Source: Bacilli bacterium
GTDB lineage: Bacteria > Bacillota_I > Bacilli_A > ML615J-28 > CAG-313
Direction: 5' to 3'
Length of the DNA stretch: 64,000 nucleotides
NCBI GenBank assembly: GCA_045119035.1
Contig: JBGVCU010000037.1
Coordinates: 3,301 to 67,300 of the forward strand
The notes under the pieces are model-generated. The model was not told the DNA's origin. It saw only the letters and a program-made list of their open reading frames with translations, and made no database searches. Shown one piece after another: positions 8,914 to 18,095 of the stretch (position 1 is its first letter; the number at the start of each line of letters is the position of its first letter). Both the position numbers and the translations under genes were made by a program.

Positions 8914-11321
8914 AAGAATTAGCAGAGATTTTTAAAGTCTCAGTTGAAGAACTTATGGGTCTTCTTGAAAATGTTGGTTTAAGTCTTACAGAAAAAGAAA
9001 ACTCAATGGTGGATAGCAATACTGAAAAGAAATTGGCTAAGAAATTTAATGTTCCTTATCCATTTAAATCTGCAAAACCAAAAGCTCCAAAAGTAGCTCC
9101 AACAACACCAGCAAGTGCTCCAGCAAAAGCTGTTGAAAAGAAAGAAGCACCTGTTGAAAAGAAAGTAGCTCCTAAAACTACTAAGGTAGAGAAAGAATCT
9201 AAACCTAATCTTGATAAACAAAATAAACAACAACCTAAACAAGAAGTAAAAGTTGAAAAGAAACAACCAGTTAAACCTGAGGTTAAATCTCAAGTTAAAG
9301 AAGTTGCTGAAACACCTGTAAAACAAGTAGAACCAAAAGTTGTTTATGATGAAATTATTAAACCAAGAGTGGATGAAGATATCTTAAATAAATATGGTGA
9401 TTATTTAGAAAATGACGAATATAATGTACGTCATGAATCTAAAGGTGGAAAGAAAACTAATAATCAAAAAGAAGAACGTTCTAGAGACAAGAAAAAGAAA
9501 ATTAACAAACAAAAGAACGTTAATAAAGAAAGTAGACAAAGTAATATTCCTGCTAAAAATAATGAAGAAAATGTGTTATATTATGAAGCAAACATGACAA
9601 CTCAAGAAATTGCAGAAGCTTTAAATATTTCAACTACTGAACTTGTTAAAAAATTATTTATGACAATGGGAATTATGGCTACTGCTACACAAGCAATTGA
9701 TAGAGATACTGCTGAACTTATTGCTATGGAATATGGTTATGAGTTAAAAGATAAACAAATTACAGATATGACTCGTTTTGATGAAATGGAAATTGTTGAT
9801 GATGAAGCATCTTTAGTATCTCGTCCTGCTATTGTTACAATTATGGGACATGTTGACCATGGTAAAACTACATTACTTGATACAATCAGAAGTAGCCATG
9901 TTGTAAAAGGTGAAGCTGGTGGAATTACTCAACATATTGGGGCATATCAAGTAAGTGTTAATGGACAATTAATTACATTTATTGATACTCCAGGACATGC
10001 TGCATTTACTGAAATGCGTGCACGTGGAGCTCAAATTACAGATATCGTTATTTTAGTTGTTGCAGCTGATGACGGTGTAATGCCACAAACAAAAGAAGCT
10101 ATTGAACATGCTCAAGCAGCAGGAGTACCTATCATTGTTGCAATCAATAAAATGGATAGACAAGGTGCAAATCCTGATAGAATTAAACAAGAATTAACTA
10201 ATTATAACCTACTTGCTGAAGAATGGGGAGGAGATACAATCTTTGTTCCAATTTCTGCACTTCAAGGTAAAGGTGTTGATGAACTACTTGAAATGGTAGT
10301 ATTAGTTAGCGAAATGAAAGGATACAAAGCTAATCCTAATCGTTTAGGTGTAGGTACTGTAGTTGAGGCAAAACTTGACAAAGGTCGTGGACCAGTTGCT
10401 ACATTACTTGTACAAAACGGTACAATTAGAGTAGGAGATATTGTTGTTGTAGGTAATACTTATGGTAAAATCCGTTCAATGACAGACGAACTTAAAAATA
10501 ATGTTAAACAAGCAGGACCTTCTAAACCAGTTGAAATCACAGGTATTAATGATGTACCATTTGCTGGTGAAAAATTCATGGTTCTAAATGATGAAAAGAA
10601 AGCAAGAGAAATTTCTGAAGCAAGAACTCTTAATAAATTCAATGAAGAAAAAGGTGTTGGAAAAACTGTTTCACTTAATGATTTATTTAAAAATCAAACA
10701 AATGAAGAAGTTAAAAACCTTAACCTTATTATTAAATGTGACGTTCAAGGTTCAATTGAAGCAATTAAAGGATTACTTGACAAAATTGAAATTGAAGGGA
10801 CAAAAATCAATGTTATTGCATCACGTGTAGGTGGAGTTAATGAAACTGATATTAACTTAGCTATAGCATCAAATGCAATTATCATTGGATTTAATATTAG
10901 ACCTACATCTCAAATTACAGATCTTGCAAAAGAAAAAGGTATTGAAATTAGATTATACAATATTATCTATAAACTTCAAGAAGATATCGAAGCAGCCGTA
11001 AAAGGAATGCTTGACCCTGTTTATGAAGAAAAAATCACAGGTCAAGCAGAAGTTAGAGAAGTTTACAAAATTAGTAAAGTTGGTACTGTTGCAGGAAGCT
11101 ACGTTACAAGTGGATCAATTGTAAGAAGCGGTGGTGTAAGATTAATCCGTGATAGTATTGTGATTTATACAGGTAAACTTGCTGGTCTTAAACGTTTTAA
11201 AGATGATGCTAAAGAAGTTAAATCTGGTTACGAATGTGGTATCACAATTGAAAATTACAACGATATTAAAGTTGGAGATATCATTGAATGTTTCGTAATG
11301 GAAGAAACAGAAAGAGAATAG
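8904..11321 (+). CDS. infB: translation initiation factor IF-2
   Basis: 805 aa; GTPase motifs GHVDHGKTTLLD, DTPGH, NKMD; K/P/E-rich N-terminal linker. Confidence 0.95.
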   Translation: MRVKELAEIFKVSVEELMGLLENVGLSLTEKENSMVDSNTEKKLAKKFNVPYPFKSAKPKAPKVAPTTPASAPAKAVEKKEAPVEKKVAPKTTKVEKESKPNLDKQNKQQPKQEVKVEKKQPVKPEVKSQVKEVAETPVKQVEPKVVYDEIIKPRVDEDILNKYGDYLENDEYNVRHESKGGKKTNNQKEERSRDKKKKINKQKNVNKESRQSNIPAKNNEENVLYYEANMTTQEIAEALNISTTELVKKLFMTMGIMATATQAIDRDTAELIAMEYGYELKDKQITDMTRFDEMEIVDDEASLVSRPAIVTIMGHVDHGKTTLLDTIRSSHVVKGEAGGITQHIGAYQVSVNGQLITFIDTPGHAAFTEMRARGAQITDIVILVVAADDGVMPQTKEAIEHAQAAGVPIIVAINKMDRQGANPDRIKQELTNYNLLAEEWGGDTIFVPISALQGKGVDELLEMVVLVSEMKGYKANPNRLGVGTVVEAKLDKGRGPVATLLVQNGTIRVGDIVVVGNTYGKIRSMTDELKNNVKQAGPSKPVEITGINDVPFAGEKFMVLNDEKKAREISEARTLNKFNEEKGVGKTVSLNDLFKNQTNEEVKNLNLIIKCDVQGSIEAIKGLLDKIEIEGTKINVIASRVGGVNETDINLAIASNAIIIGFNIRPTSQITDLAKEKGIEIRLYNIIYKLQEDIEAAVKGMLDPVYEEKITGQAEVREVYKISKVGTVAGSYVTSGSIVRSGGVRLIRDSIVIYTGKLAGLKRFKDDAKEVKSGYECGITIENYNDIKVGDIIECFVMEETERE

Positions 11322-11322
11322 T

Positions 11323-11664
11323 ATGGCATTTCATCAAGAAAGATTAGAAAAACTTTGTCAAAGAGAACTTGCTGACATTTTAAGAAATGAATCAAAAAAT
11401 CCTCTACTTCAATATGTATCAATTACAAAAGTTTCTATAACAAGAGATTTAGGAATTGCTACAATTTATTACACAGTAATGGGTGATAAAGATGAAATTG
11501 AAGCAACTAAAAAAGCACTAGAAAGTGCTAAAGGATTTTTAAGATCTGAACTTGCAAGAGGTGTAAATATGCGAAAAGCACCTGAACTTAAATTTAAATA
11601 TGATGAATCATTAGCATATGGTAATCGTATTGATGAACTTCTTGCAAAAATAAACAACAAATAA
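11323..11664 (+). CDS. rbfA: ribosome-binding factor A
   Basis: 113 aa; RbfA KH-like fold sequence; follows infB. Confidence 0.85.
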   Translation: MAFHQERLEKLCQRELADILRNESKNPLLQYVSITKVSITRDLGIATIYYTVMGDKDEIEATKKALESAKGFLRSELARGVNMRKAPELKFKYDESLAYGNRIDELLAKINNK

Positions 11665-11665
11665 A

Positions 11666-11693
11666 AGGTGCTTTATAAGCATCTTTTATTTTA
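11666..11693 (+). terminator. terminator/attenuator between rbfA and uvrC
   Basis: AGGTGCTT-tata-AGCATCT + TTTTATTTT (one G-U pair). Confidence 0.5.
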
Positions 11694-11703
11694 AAGGTGA
11701 ACT

Positions 11704-13479
11704 ATGTTAAAACTTGAAAGAATAAAAGAAGAATTAAAACTTGTACCAAAAAAACCTGGTAGTTATCAAATGTATGATAAAAACAACCAAATCATTTATG
11801 TTGGTAAAGCTAAGAATCTTGCGAATCGATTAAAGAGTTATTTTACTGGTTCACATGATGCCAAAACAACAAGGATGGTTCAAGATGTTGAGTATTTTAA
11901 ATACATTATAACTTCCTCAGAACTAGAAGCACTATTATTAGAACTTAACCTAATAAAAGAAAATAGACCTAAATATAATATCATGTTAATGGATGATAAA
12001 ACATATCCATATATTATGATAACAAATGAAACCCATCCTCGAATTATATCTACACGAGATGTTAAAAAAAGAACAAAAAAAGATTTAATATTTGGACCAT
12101 ATCCAAATGCAAAAGCATGTAAAGATACTGTTGAAATATTAAATAAAGTATTTCCTTTTAGAAAATGTAAAACAATTCCTAAAAAATCTTGTTTATATTA
12201 TGATATGGGACAATGTCTTGCTCCATGTATTAAAAAAGTAGATAAAGATGAATATAAAGAATATATCTTACAAGTATCAAAATTTTTAAATGGAAATAAT
12301 AAAGAATTACTTGATCTATTAAAAAATAAAATGGAACAATATTCAATGAATCTTCAATTCGAAAAAGCTTTAGAATATCGTGACATTATTAATAATATCG
12401 AATCATCAATTCTAAAATCACAAAAAATGAAACTAAGTGACGGAATTGATAGAGATATATTTGGTTATTCAATTAAAAATGATATTATGAATATTCAAGT
12501 ATTCCATATGCGTAATGGTTCTATCATTGAAAGAAATGGTGAAGTATTTGATTTAGTTGATAGTGTAGATGAAATGTTAGTTTCATATATATGTCAATTT
12601 TATCAAAATCTTGAAGTAATACCTCCAAAGGAAATCTTAATTCCATATATTGAAGATACATCACTTATCGAACAAGTAATTAATAAGAAAGTAATTATTC
12701 CTATTAAAGGGCTTAAAAAACAATTAGTAGATTTAGTTTGTGAAAATGCATCTAATAATTTAGAAAATCTTCACAAGAAAAAACTATCACAAATAAGTAA
12801 AACTACAGAACCTTTAGTAGAACTTAGTAAATTACTTGATATTGAGTATCCTAAAGTAATAGAAACATTTGATAACTCAAATATTCAAGGAACTTCAAGC
12901 GTATCAGCAATGGTTACATATATAGATGGAGTTAAATCGCCAAAAGATTACAGAAAATATAAAATCAAAACAGTAATTGGTGCAGATGATTATCATACTA
13001 TGAATGAAGTAATCACTCGTAGATATAAAAGACTTAAACAAGAAAATTTACCACTACCAAATTTATTAATTGTTGATGGTGGAATTCCACAAGTAAAAGC
13101 AGCGCTAAATGCACTTAAAGATATTGATGTAAAATTAAATGTTATGGGACTTGCTAAAGACGATAAACATCGAACAAGAGCAATTATAACAAGCGATCTA
13201 AAAGAAATTAATATTGATAAAAGATCGATGCTATTTTTACTACTTGAATCAATTCAAGATGAAGTACATCGATTTGCTATTACATTCTTTAGAAATACTC
13301 ATACAAAAAATACTTTTGCATCAAGCTTAGATGAAATAGAAGGTATTGGAAAAAATAGAAAAAAAGTTTTACTAGAAAACTTTGATTCAATAGAAGACAT
13401 TAAAAATGCAACAGTTGATAAATTAAAATCACTAGGAATGCCAACTGATGTAATAAATAATATCAAAGAAAAACTTTAA
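11704..13479 (+). CDS. uvrC: excinuclease ABC subunit C
   Basis: 591 aa; N-terminal GIY-YIG (YQMYDKNNQIIYVGKAKNL), UvrBC-interaction region, C-terminal HhH. Confidence 0.8.
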   Translation: MLKLERIKEELKLVPKKPGSYQMYDKNNQIIYVGKAKNLANRLKSYFTGSHDAKTTRMVQDVEYFKYIITSSELEALLLELNLIKENRPKYNIMLMDDKTYPYIMITNETHPRIISTRDVKKRTKKDLIFGPYPNAKACKDTVEILNKVFPFRKCKTIPKKSCLYYDMGQCLAPCIKKVDKDEYKEYILQVSKFLNGNNKELLDLLKNKMEQYSMNLQFEKALEYRDIINNIESSILKSQKMKLSDGIDRDIFGYSIKNDIMNIQVFHMRNGSIIERNGEVFDLVDSVDEMLVSYICQFYQNLEVIPPKEILIPYIEDTSLIEQVINKKVIIPIKGLKKQLVDLVCENASNNLENLHKKKLSQISKTTEPLVELSKLLDIEYPKVIETFDNSNIQGTSSVSAMVTYIDGVKSPKDYRKYKIKTVIGADDYHTMNEVITRRYKRLKQENLPLPNLLIVDGGIPQVKAALNALKDIDVKLNVMGLAKDDKHRTRAIITSDLKEINIDKRSMLFLLLESIQDEVHRFAITFFRNTHTKNTFASSLDEIEGIGKNRKKVLLENFDSIEDIKNATVDKLKSLGMPTDVINNIKEKL

Positions 13480-13488
13480 TATATATTT

Positions 13489-13516
13489 CACTTATACTCA
13501 CTTTATGCATAATATA
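13489..13516 (+). promoter_or_regulatory. sigma-K-type promoter upstream of gerE (AC-16-CATAATATA)
   Basis: AC at 13490-13491, 16-nt spacer, CATAnnnTA match at 13508-13516. Confidence 0.35.
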
Positions 13517-13536
13517 AAACGAGGAGTGAAAGATTA

Positions 13537-13746
13537 GTGAAAAGTAATAGGTTTTTAACCTCAAGAGAACTTGAAATCTTTGAACTTTTAGTTAAAAAAT
13601 ATGATACAGATATGATTGCTGAAAAACTTCATATAAGTAGTAAAACAGTAAGAAATCATATATCTAATGTTATACAAAAACTAGATGTAAAAGGAAGAAG
13701 CCAAGCTATCTTAGAACTTATAAAAATGAATGAACTAAAATTATAG
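13537..13746 (+). CDS. gerE: sporulation transcription regulator GerE (LuxR-type HTH only)
   Basis: 69 aa; close match along its length to B. subtilis GerE (…SKTVRNHISNVIQKLDVKGRSQAILEL…); GTG start 10 nt after RBS GAGGAG. Confidence 0.75.
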   Translation: MKSNRFLTSRELEIFELLVKKYDTDMIAEKLHISSKTVRNHISNVIQKLDVKGRSQAILELIKMNELKL

Positions 13747-13760
13747 AAAGGAGATAAAAT

Positions 13761-14672
13761 ATGCAGGTTATATACGGTAAAATCAGAACAGTAGATGAAG
13801 ATCAAAGAATTATTAGTTTACTAAGAAATAATAAAATAGAATACTTTTATTTAAGCAGAAACCAAATGAAGCGTTATAGCCCATATTTATCTGCCGGTCT
13901 ATATGTTTATTTTAGATGTACAGATAATAAGAAAAAACATCATCATATATATTCTTATGATGTAATTTCATTTATTAAAATGGCAAGAAGAACAAGAAGA
14001 AAACTTCTTGTATATTATGATATTGATACTATTAAAGAAGGGGTAGTAAATTTACTAAACAAAGAACATAATAGAATGTTTTTAGATTTAGAATTTACAA
14101 TGCCACCATTTAACTATACAAAACAAAGTGGAAAAGAATTTATTCCTGAAATTATTCAATATGGAATATATATTGAAAACAAAGATGGAGAACTTCTTGA
14201 TTGTGATTCTCATTTAGTAAAACCACTCGATCAAAGTGGAATCAATTCAAGAACATTACAATTCTTACATATCGGACCTACTCAAATGAGAAAAGCGGTA
14301 AGTTTTAGAGAATTCTATCATAATTTAAAATACTTTATGGATTTATATAATTCAGTTATATATGTATGGGGAAAAAATGATATGAGTGTACTTGATAAAT
14401 CATATCAAATGCATAACTTAAAACCAATAACAAAAAGAAAAGATTTTATTAATTTAATGCAAGTAATTAAAAATTATTACAGTATTAAAGATGATATCGG
14501 ACTTTTTAAAACAGTAGAATGGTTTGAAGAAAGAAAAATCAAAGAACCACAAGAACATGATGCACTTGATGATGCATATATGACAATGAAAGTATTCCAT
14601 TTATTTAAAAATGAAATAACAAATAATCATTTTAAATTAACAAAACCTAATAAGAAAAATAAGCTAGATTAA
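13761..14672 (+). CDS. DEDDh 3'-5' exonuclease (KapD/DnaQ-like) with an uncharacterised N-terminal domain of about 110 aa
   Basis: Exo I motif FLDLEFT, Exo III motif HDALDDAY; 14 nt after gerE, with a strong RBS AAGGAGA; its own terminator downstream. Confidence 0.6.
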   Translation: MQVIYGKIRTVDEDQRIISLLRNNKIEYFYLSRNQMKRYSPYLSAGLYVYFRCTDNKKKHHHIYSYDVISFIKMARRTRRKLLVYYDIDTIKEGVVNLLNKEHNRMFLDLEFTMPPFNYTKQSGKEFIPEIIQYGIYIENKDGELLDCDSHLVKPLDQSGINSRTLQFLHIGPTQMRKAVSFREFYHNLKYFMDLYNSVIYVWGKNDMSVLDKSYQMHNLKPITKRKDFINLMQVIKNYYSIKDDIGLFKTVEWFEERKIKEPQEHDALDDAYMTMKVFHLFKNEITNNHFKLTKPNKKNKLD

Positions 14673-14686
14673 TTTCTAGCTTTTTA
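14660..14686 (+). terminator. terminator at the 3' end of the exonuclease gene
   Basis: AAGCTAGA-ttaatt-TCTAGCTT + TTTT. Confidence 0.7.
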
Positions 14687-14768
14687 AATTAAATAAGTAT
14701 ATTAAATTATCATTATTAGAATATTGTATATAAAATTTGAAATAATATATGTATAAAATAGAAAAGTA

Positions 14769-14880
14769 TTAGAAAACCCTTGAATAATTAAAGCAAAAAC
14801 ATTGGAAAACCCGATATTTTATGTTATAATATTATTGGAAAACCCGATATTTTATATCAAAAAATTATTGGAAAAACCGA
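14769..14880 (+). repeat. four phased direct repeats (TTrGAAAACCCGATATTTTAT core), 33-bp period
   Basis: Copies begin at 14769, 14802, 14835, 14868; copies 2 and 3 are identical over 22 nt; they overlap the -35, the +1 region and the 5'UTR of the ATPase gene. Confidence 0.8.
14802..14830 (+). promoter_or_regulatory. sigma-A-type promoter of the AAA+ ATPase gene (TTGGAA-17-TGtTATAAT), embedded in the direct-repeat array
   Basis: -35 lies inside repeat 2; extended -10 at 14822-14830. Confidence 0.45.
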
Positions 14881-14892
14881 AAGGAAAAAAAC

Positions 14893-16209
14893 ATGTATTA
14901 TAGAAAAATTGAAAAAAAATTATATGATTACTATAATAATCAAGATTCTAAGATTTTCATCATAAATGGAGCTAGACAAATTGGGAAAAGTTTTATAATT
15001 AGAGAAACAGCTTCAAAATATTTTAAAAATTATATTGAAATAAATTTAATGGATGATTATAATTCAAATCAGTATTTTAAAAACATTAAAACTACTAAAG
15101 AATTTTATTTACAATTAAGTGCTTTGCATGGTGATAAAATTAATAACATTGAAGACACAATCATTTTTTTAGATGAAATACAAATATATCCGCATCTTAT
15201 TTCACTTTTAAAATCACTTAAAATAGAAAATAAATATCGTTATATTGCAAGTGGATCTTTACTTGGTATAACTTTAAAACATATTTTCATTCCAATGGGA
15301 AGTATTGAAGAAATTAAAATGTATCCAATGGATTTTGAAGAGTTTTTATATGCTAACAATATTGGTAAAGACATCATAGAATATTTAAAAAATTGCTTTG
15401 ATAATCAAGAAAAAGTAAGTGACAATATTCATATGTTTATGTTAAGTAAGTTTAAAGAATATTTAATATGTGGAGGATTACCTGACTCTGTCAAAGAATT
15501 TGTAACAAATAAAAATGTTTTTCGTACAAGAGATAATCAAAATATTACATTTGAATATTATAAAGATGATGCTGCACAATATGATGCTCTTCATAGATTA
15601 AAAATTCGTAGATTATTTGAATTAATGCCTTCATATATGGAAAATAAAGTCAAAAGAGTAAAGTTTAAAGATATTGAAAACATTGAGGATTCTAATTTAA
15701 AAAAATATCAAGATGAATTTGATTATTTAATATATTCAGGATGTGCTTTAGGAGTTAAAGCTATATCAAACCCTAAATTTCCTTTATTGGAATCCAGCAG
15801 CAAAAACTTAATTAAATTATATTATAATGATGTTGGTATTTTAACAAATATTTTATATAGAAATAATATTAATGCCATATTAAATGTGGAAAAATCAGTT
15901 AACTTAGGTTCTGTATATGAAACAGCAGTTGCAATGGAGTTAATTGCTCATGGACATGAATTGTATTATTTTGATAGTAAAAAGGTTGGAGAAGTAGATT
16001 TTTTAATTAATGATTATGATAATTTATCTGTTATTCCGGTAGAAATCAAATCTGGAAAAGATAAATATGAATTTAGAGCCATCCCTAAACTTATAGATAA
16101 AGAAGGAAATTATAAACTAAACCATGGATATATATTTTCAAATAATAATATATGCAATTTTGAAAATGACTTATATTCATATCCAATTTATATGATTATG
16201 TTTATTTAA
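14893..16209 (+). CDS. AAA+ ATPase (AAA_14/COG1373) with C-terminal DUF4143 PD-(D/E)xK nuclease-like domain
   Basis: Walker A GARQIGKSF, Walker B IIFLDEIQ; C-terminal VGEVDFLI…PVEIKSGK fits a D…E-x-K nuclease signature. Confidence 0.65.
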   Translation: MYYRKIEKKLYDYYNNQDSKIFIINGARQIGKSFIIRETASKYFKNYIEINLMDDYNSNQYFKNIKTTKEFYLQLSALHGDKINNIEDTIIFLDEIQIYPHLISLLKSLKIENKYRYIASGSLLGITLKHIFIPMGSIEEIKMYPMDFEEFLYANNIGKDIIEYLKNCFDNQEKVSDNIHMFMLSKFKEYLICGGLPDSVKEFVTNKNVFRTRDNQNITFEYYKDDAAQYDALHRLKIRRLFELMPSYMENKVKRVKFKDIENIEDSNLKKYQDEFDYLIYSGCALGVKAISNPKFPLLESSSKNLIKLYYNDVGILTNILYRNNINAILNVEKSVNLGSVYETAVAMELIAHGHELYYFDSKKVGEVDFLINDYDNLSVIPVEIKSGKDKYEFRAIPKLIDKEGNYKLNHGYIFSNNNICNFENDLYSYPIYMIMFI

Positions 16210-16218
16210 TAATATATT

Positions 16219-16251
16219 AAAATACCATCCGTATTAAACGGATGGTATTTG
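16219..16251. terminator. bidirectional terminator (ATPase / rnj convergent)
   Basis: AATACCATCCGT-attaa-ACGGATGGTATT. Confidence 0.85.
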
Positions 16252-16252
16252 T

Positions 16253-17944
16253 TTATTCAATTACATTAATAATAGGAAGTATTACAGGGTATTTTTCTGT
16301 AACTTCATATATATATGGTTTTAATGTTTGGATTAATGTATTTTTTAGTCCATTAATATTTAATGTTTTTTGTTTCATTAAAGCATTTTTAAAGTTTGTA
16401 TTTGCTCTATCTAATATTAAATTAATGATTTGTTTTGTTTCTTCAACTTGAGTATCTGCAAATCCTTTAGTAATAATTTGAGTATCAGCTCTTGTTTCTT
16501 TTTTCTTATTAATTGTAAAAATTAAAGAAACAAAACCTTCATCAGCAAGAATTTTTCTTTCTTTTAATATTGATGAATCAACATCTGATAAAGAGTTATC
16601 TAGATATATATCATTAGCATATACACCTTTTTTAATTACTCTTGGACCATTTTCATTAAATGCTAGAACATCTCCTGCATTAAGCGCAAAACAATTTTCA
16701 CGTGGAACATCCATTTGTACAGCAACATTGATATGAGACTTTAACATTGCGTATTCACCATGTACTGGCATAAAGTATTTTGGTCTTATTAATGAGAACA
16801 TTAATTTAATTTCTTCTACAGAAGCATGTCCTGTAGTATGAGTACCTGTTAATACGTTATTACTAATTACACGTGCACCACTTTTGATAAGTTGGTTAAC
16901 ATTTCTATTAACAAATTGTTCATTACCAGGAATTGGTTTACTCGAATATATAATAGTATCATTAGGCATTAATTTAATTTGTTTATGGGTACCATTTGCA
17001 ATTCTAGAAAGTGCAGCAAGCGGTTCACCTTGAGAACCTGTACATAAAATTGTTACATTTTCTAAATTCTTGTGTTTATTATATTCTCTTGCTGTAATGA
17101 TTGTTCCTTGTGGAACATTAATATATTTTAATTTAGACGCAACATCAATTGTTTTTTCCATGCTATGACCAAATACAATTACTTTTCTATTAGTTGCGTG
17201 ACTTGCTTGAATAATTTGTTGTACACGATATACGTTAGATGCGAATGTTGCAACAATTATTCTTCCTTTTGTAGTTTGGAATAAATCCATTAAATTATGT
17301 CCAATTTTCTTTTCTGATAAAGAAAAATTAGTAATCATTGCATTAGTACTATCAGCAAGTAAACATAGAACACCTTCATGACCAAGTTTTGCCATCTTGT
17401 AGTAATCAGCTCTATCTCCAATTGGTGTAAAGTCAAATTTAAAGTCACCAGTATTTACAATATATCCAAGTCTTGTTTTAATAGCAAGTCCAAATGAATC
17501 AGGAATTGAGTGATTTGTTCTAAAGAATGATACTTGGAAGTTACGATATTTATAAATTGTATCATCATTGAATTCTTCTAAATTATACTCTATATCAGGA
17601 TATTCAGCTAATTTGTTTTTAATTAAACCAACTGCAATACCTGATGCATAGATAACAGGAATTTTAACATCTCTTAATAAGAATGGAATACTACCAATAT
17701 GATCTTCATGACCATGGGTAATAAATAAACCAACAATTTTACGTTCGTTTTCTTTTAAATACTTAAAATCAGGAATGATATAGTTAACACCGTGTTCATC
17801 TCCACCAGCAAATAGAATTCCAGAATCCATTATTAAAAGTTCATTTCCAACTTCAACTACATATATATTCATCCCAACAACACCAAGTCCACCAAGGGAA
17901 AAGATTTTTATATCTGGTAGTTTATATTTTTTCTTTTTATCCAT
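16253..17944 (-). CDS. rnj: ribonuclease J
   Basis: Metallo-beta-lactamase HGHEDH motif plus beta-CASP/RNase J C-terminal domain; likely starts at the second Met (MDKKKK, preceded by AAAGGAGGA) rather than the track start at 17959. Confidence 0.85.
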   Translation of the reverse strand: MDKKKKYKLPDIKIFSLGGLGVVGMNIYVVEVGNELLIMDSGILFAGGDEHGVNYIIPDFKYLKENERKIVGLFITHGHEDHIGSIPFLLRDVKIPVIYASGIAVGLIKNKLAEYPDIEYNLEEFNDDTIYKYRNFQVSFFRTNHSIPDSFGLAIKTRLGYIVNTGDFKFDFTPIGDRADYYKMAKLGHEGVLCLLADSTNAMITNFSLSEKKIGHNLMDLFQTTKGRIIVATFASNVYRVQQIIQASHATNRKVIVFGHSMEKTIDVASKLKYINVPQGTIITAREYNKHKNLENVTILCTGSQGEPLAALSRIANGTHKQIKLMPNDTIIYSSKPIPGNEQFVNRNVNQLIKSGARVISNNVLTGTHTTGHASVEEIKLMFSLIRPKYFMPVHGEYAMLKSHINVAVQMDVPRENCFALNAGDVLAFNENGPRVIKKGVYANDIYLDNSLSDVDSSILKERKILADEGFVSLIFTINKKKETRADTQIITKGFADTQVEETKQIINLILDRANTNFKNALMKQKTLNINGLKNTLIQTLKPYIYEVTEKYPVILPIINVIE

Positions 17945-18095
17945 AAATCCTCCTTTCATATAATTTTTTTCTATTATTCTTATTATATCAAAAAATACAA
18001 AAATTATAAAGTAATATGAAAATAAAGAGTAACTTATAAAAACAAAATATTAGACAAAAATAAAAATATAAGTATAATATTTTAAGGTGATATAT

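Noticed and set aside
9060-9330. Lys/Pro/Glu/Val-rich reiterated segment with nucleotide-level repetition inside infB
   Set aside because: This is the well-known low-complexity N-terminal linker of IF-2. It is species-variable and not an independent element.
13761-14100. His-rich stretch (KKKHHHIY) in the exonuclease N-terminal domain as a metal-binding or engineered tag
   Set aside because: Only three His in a natural Lys-rich context. Nothing supports more than compositional bias.
14769-14880. The four phased direct repeats as a possible CRISPR array
   Set aside because: Only 4 copies; the 'spacers' are ~11 nt and partly repeated; no cas genes or leader; the repeats coincide exactly with promoter elements. 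They are better explained as operator/iteron-like sites.
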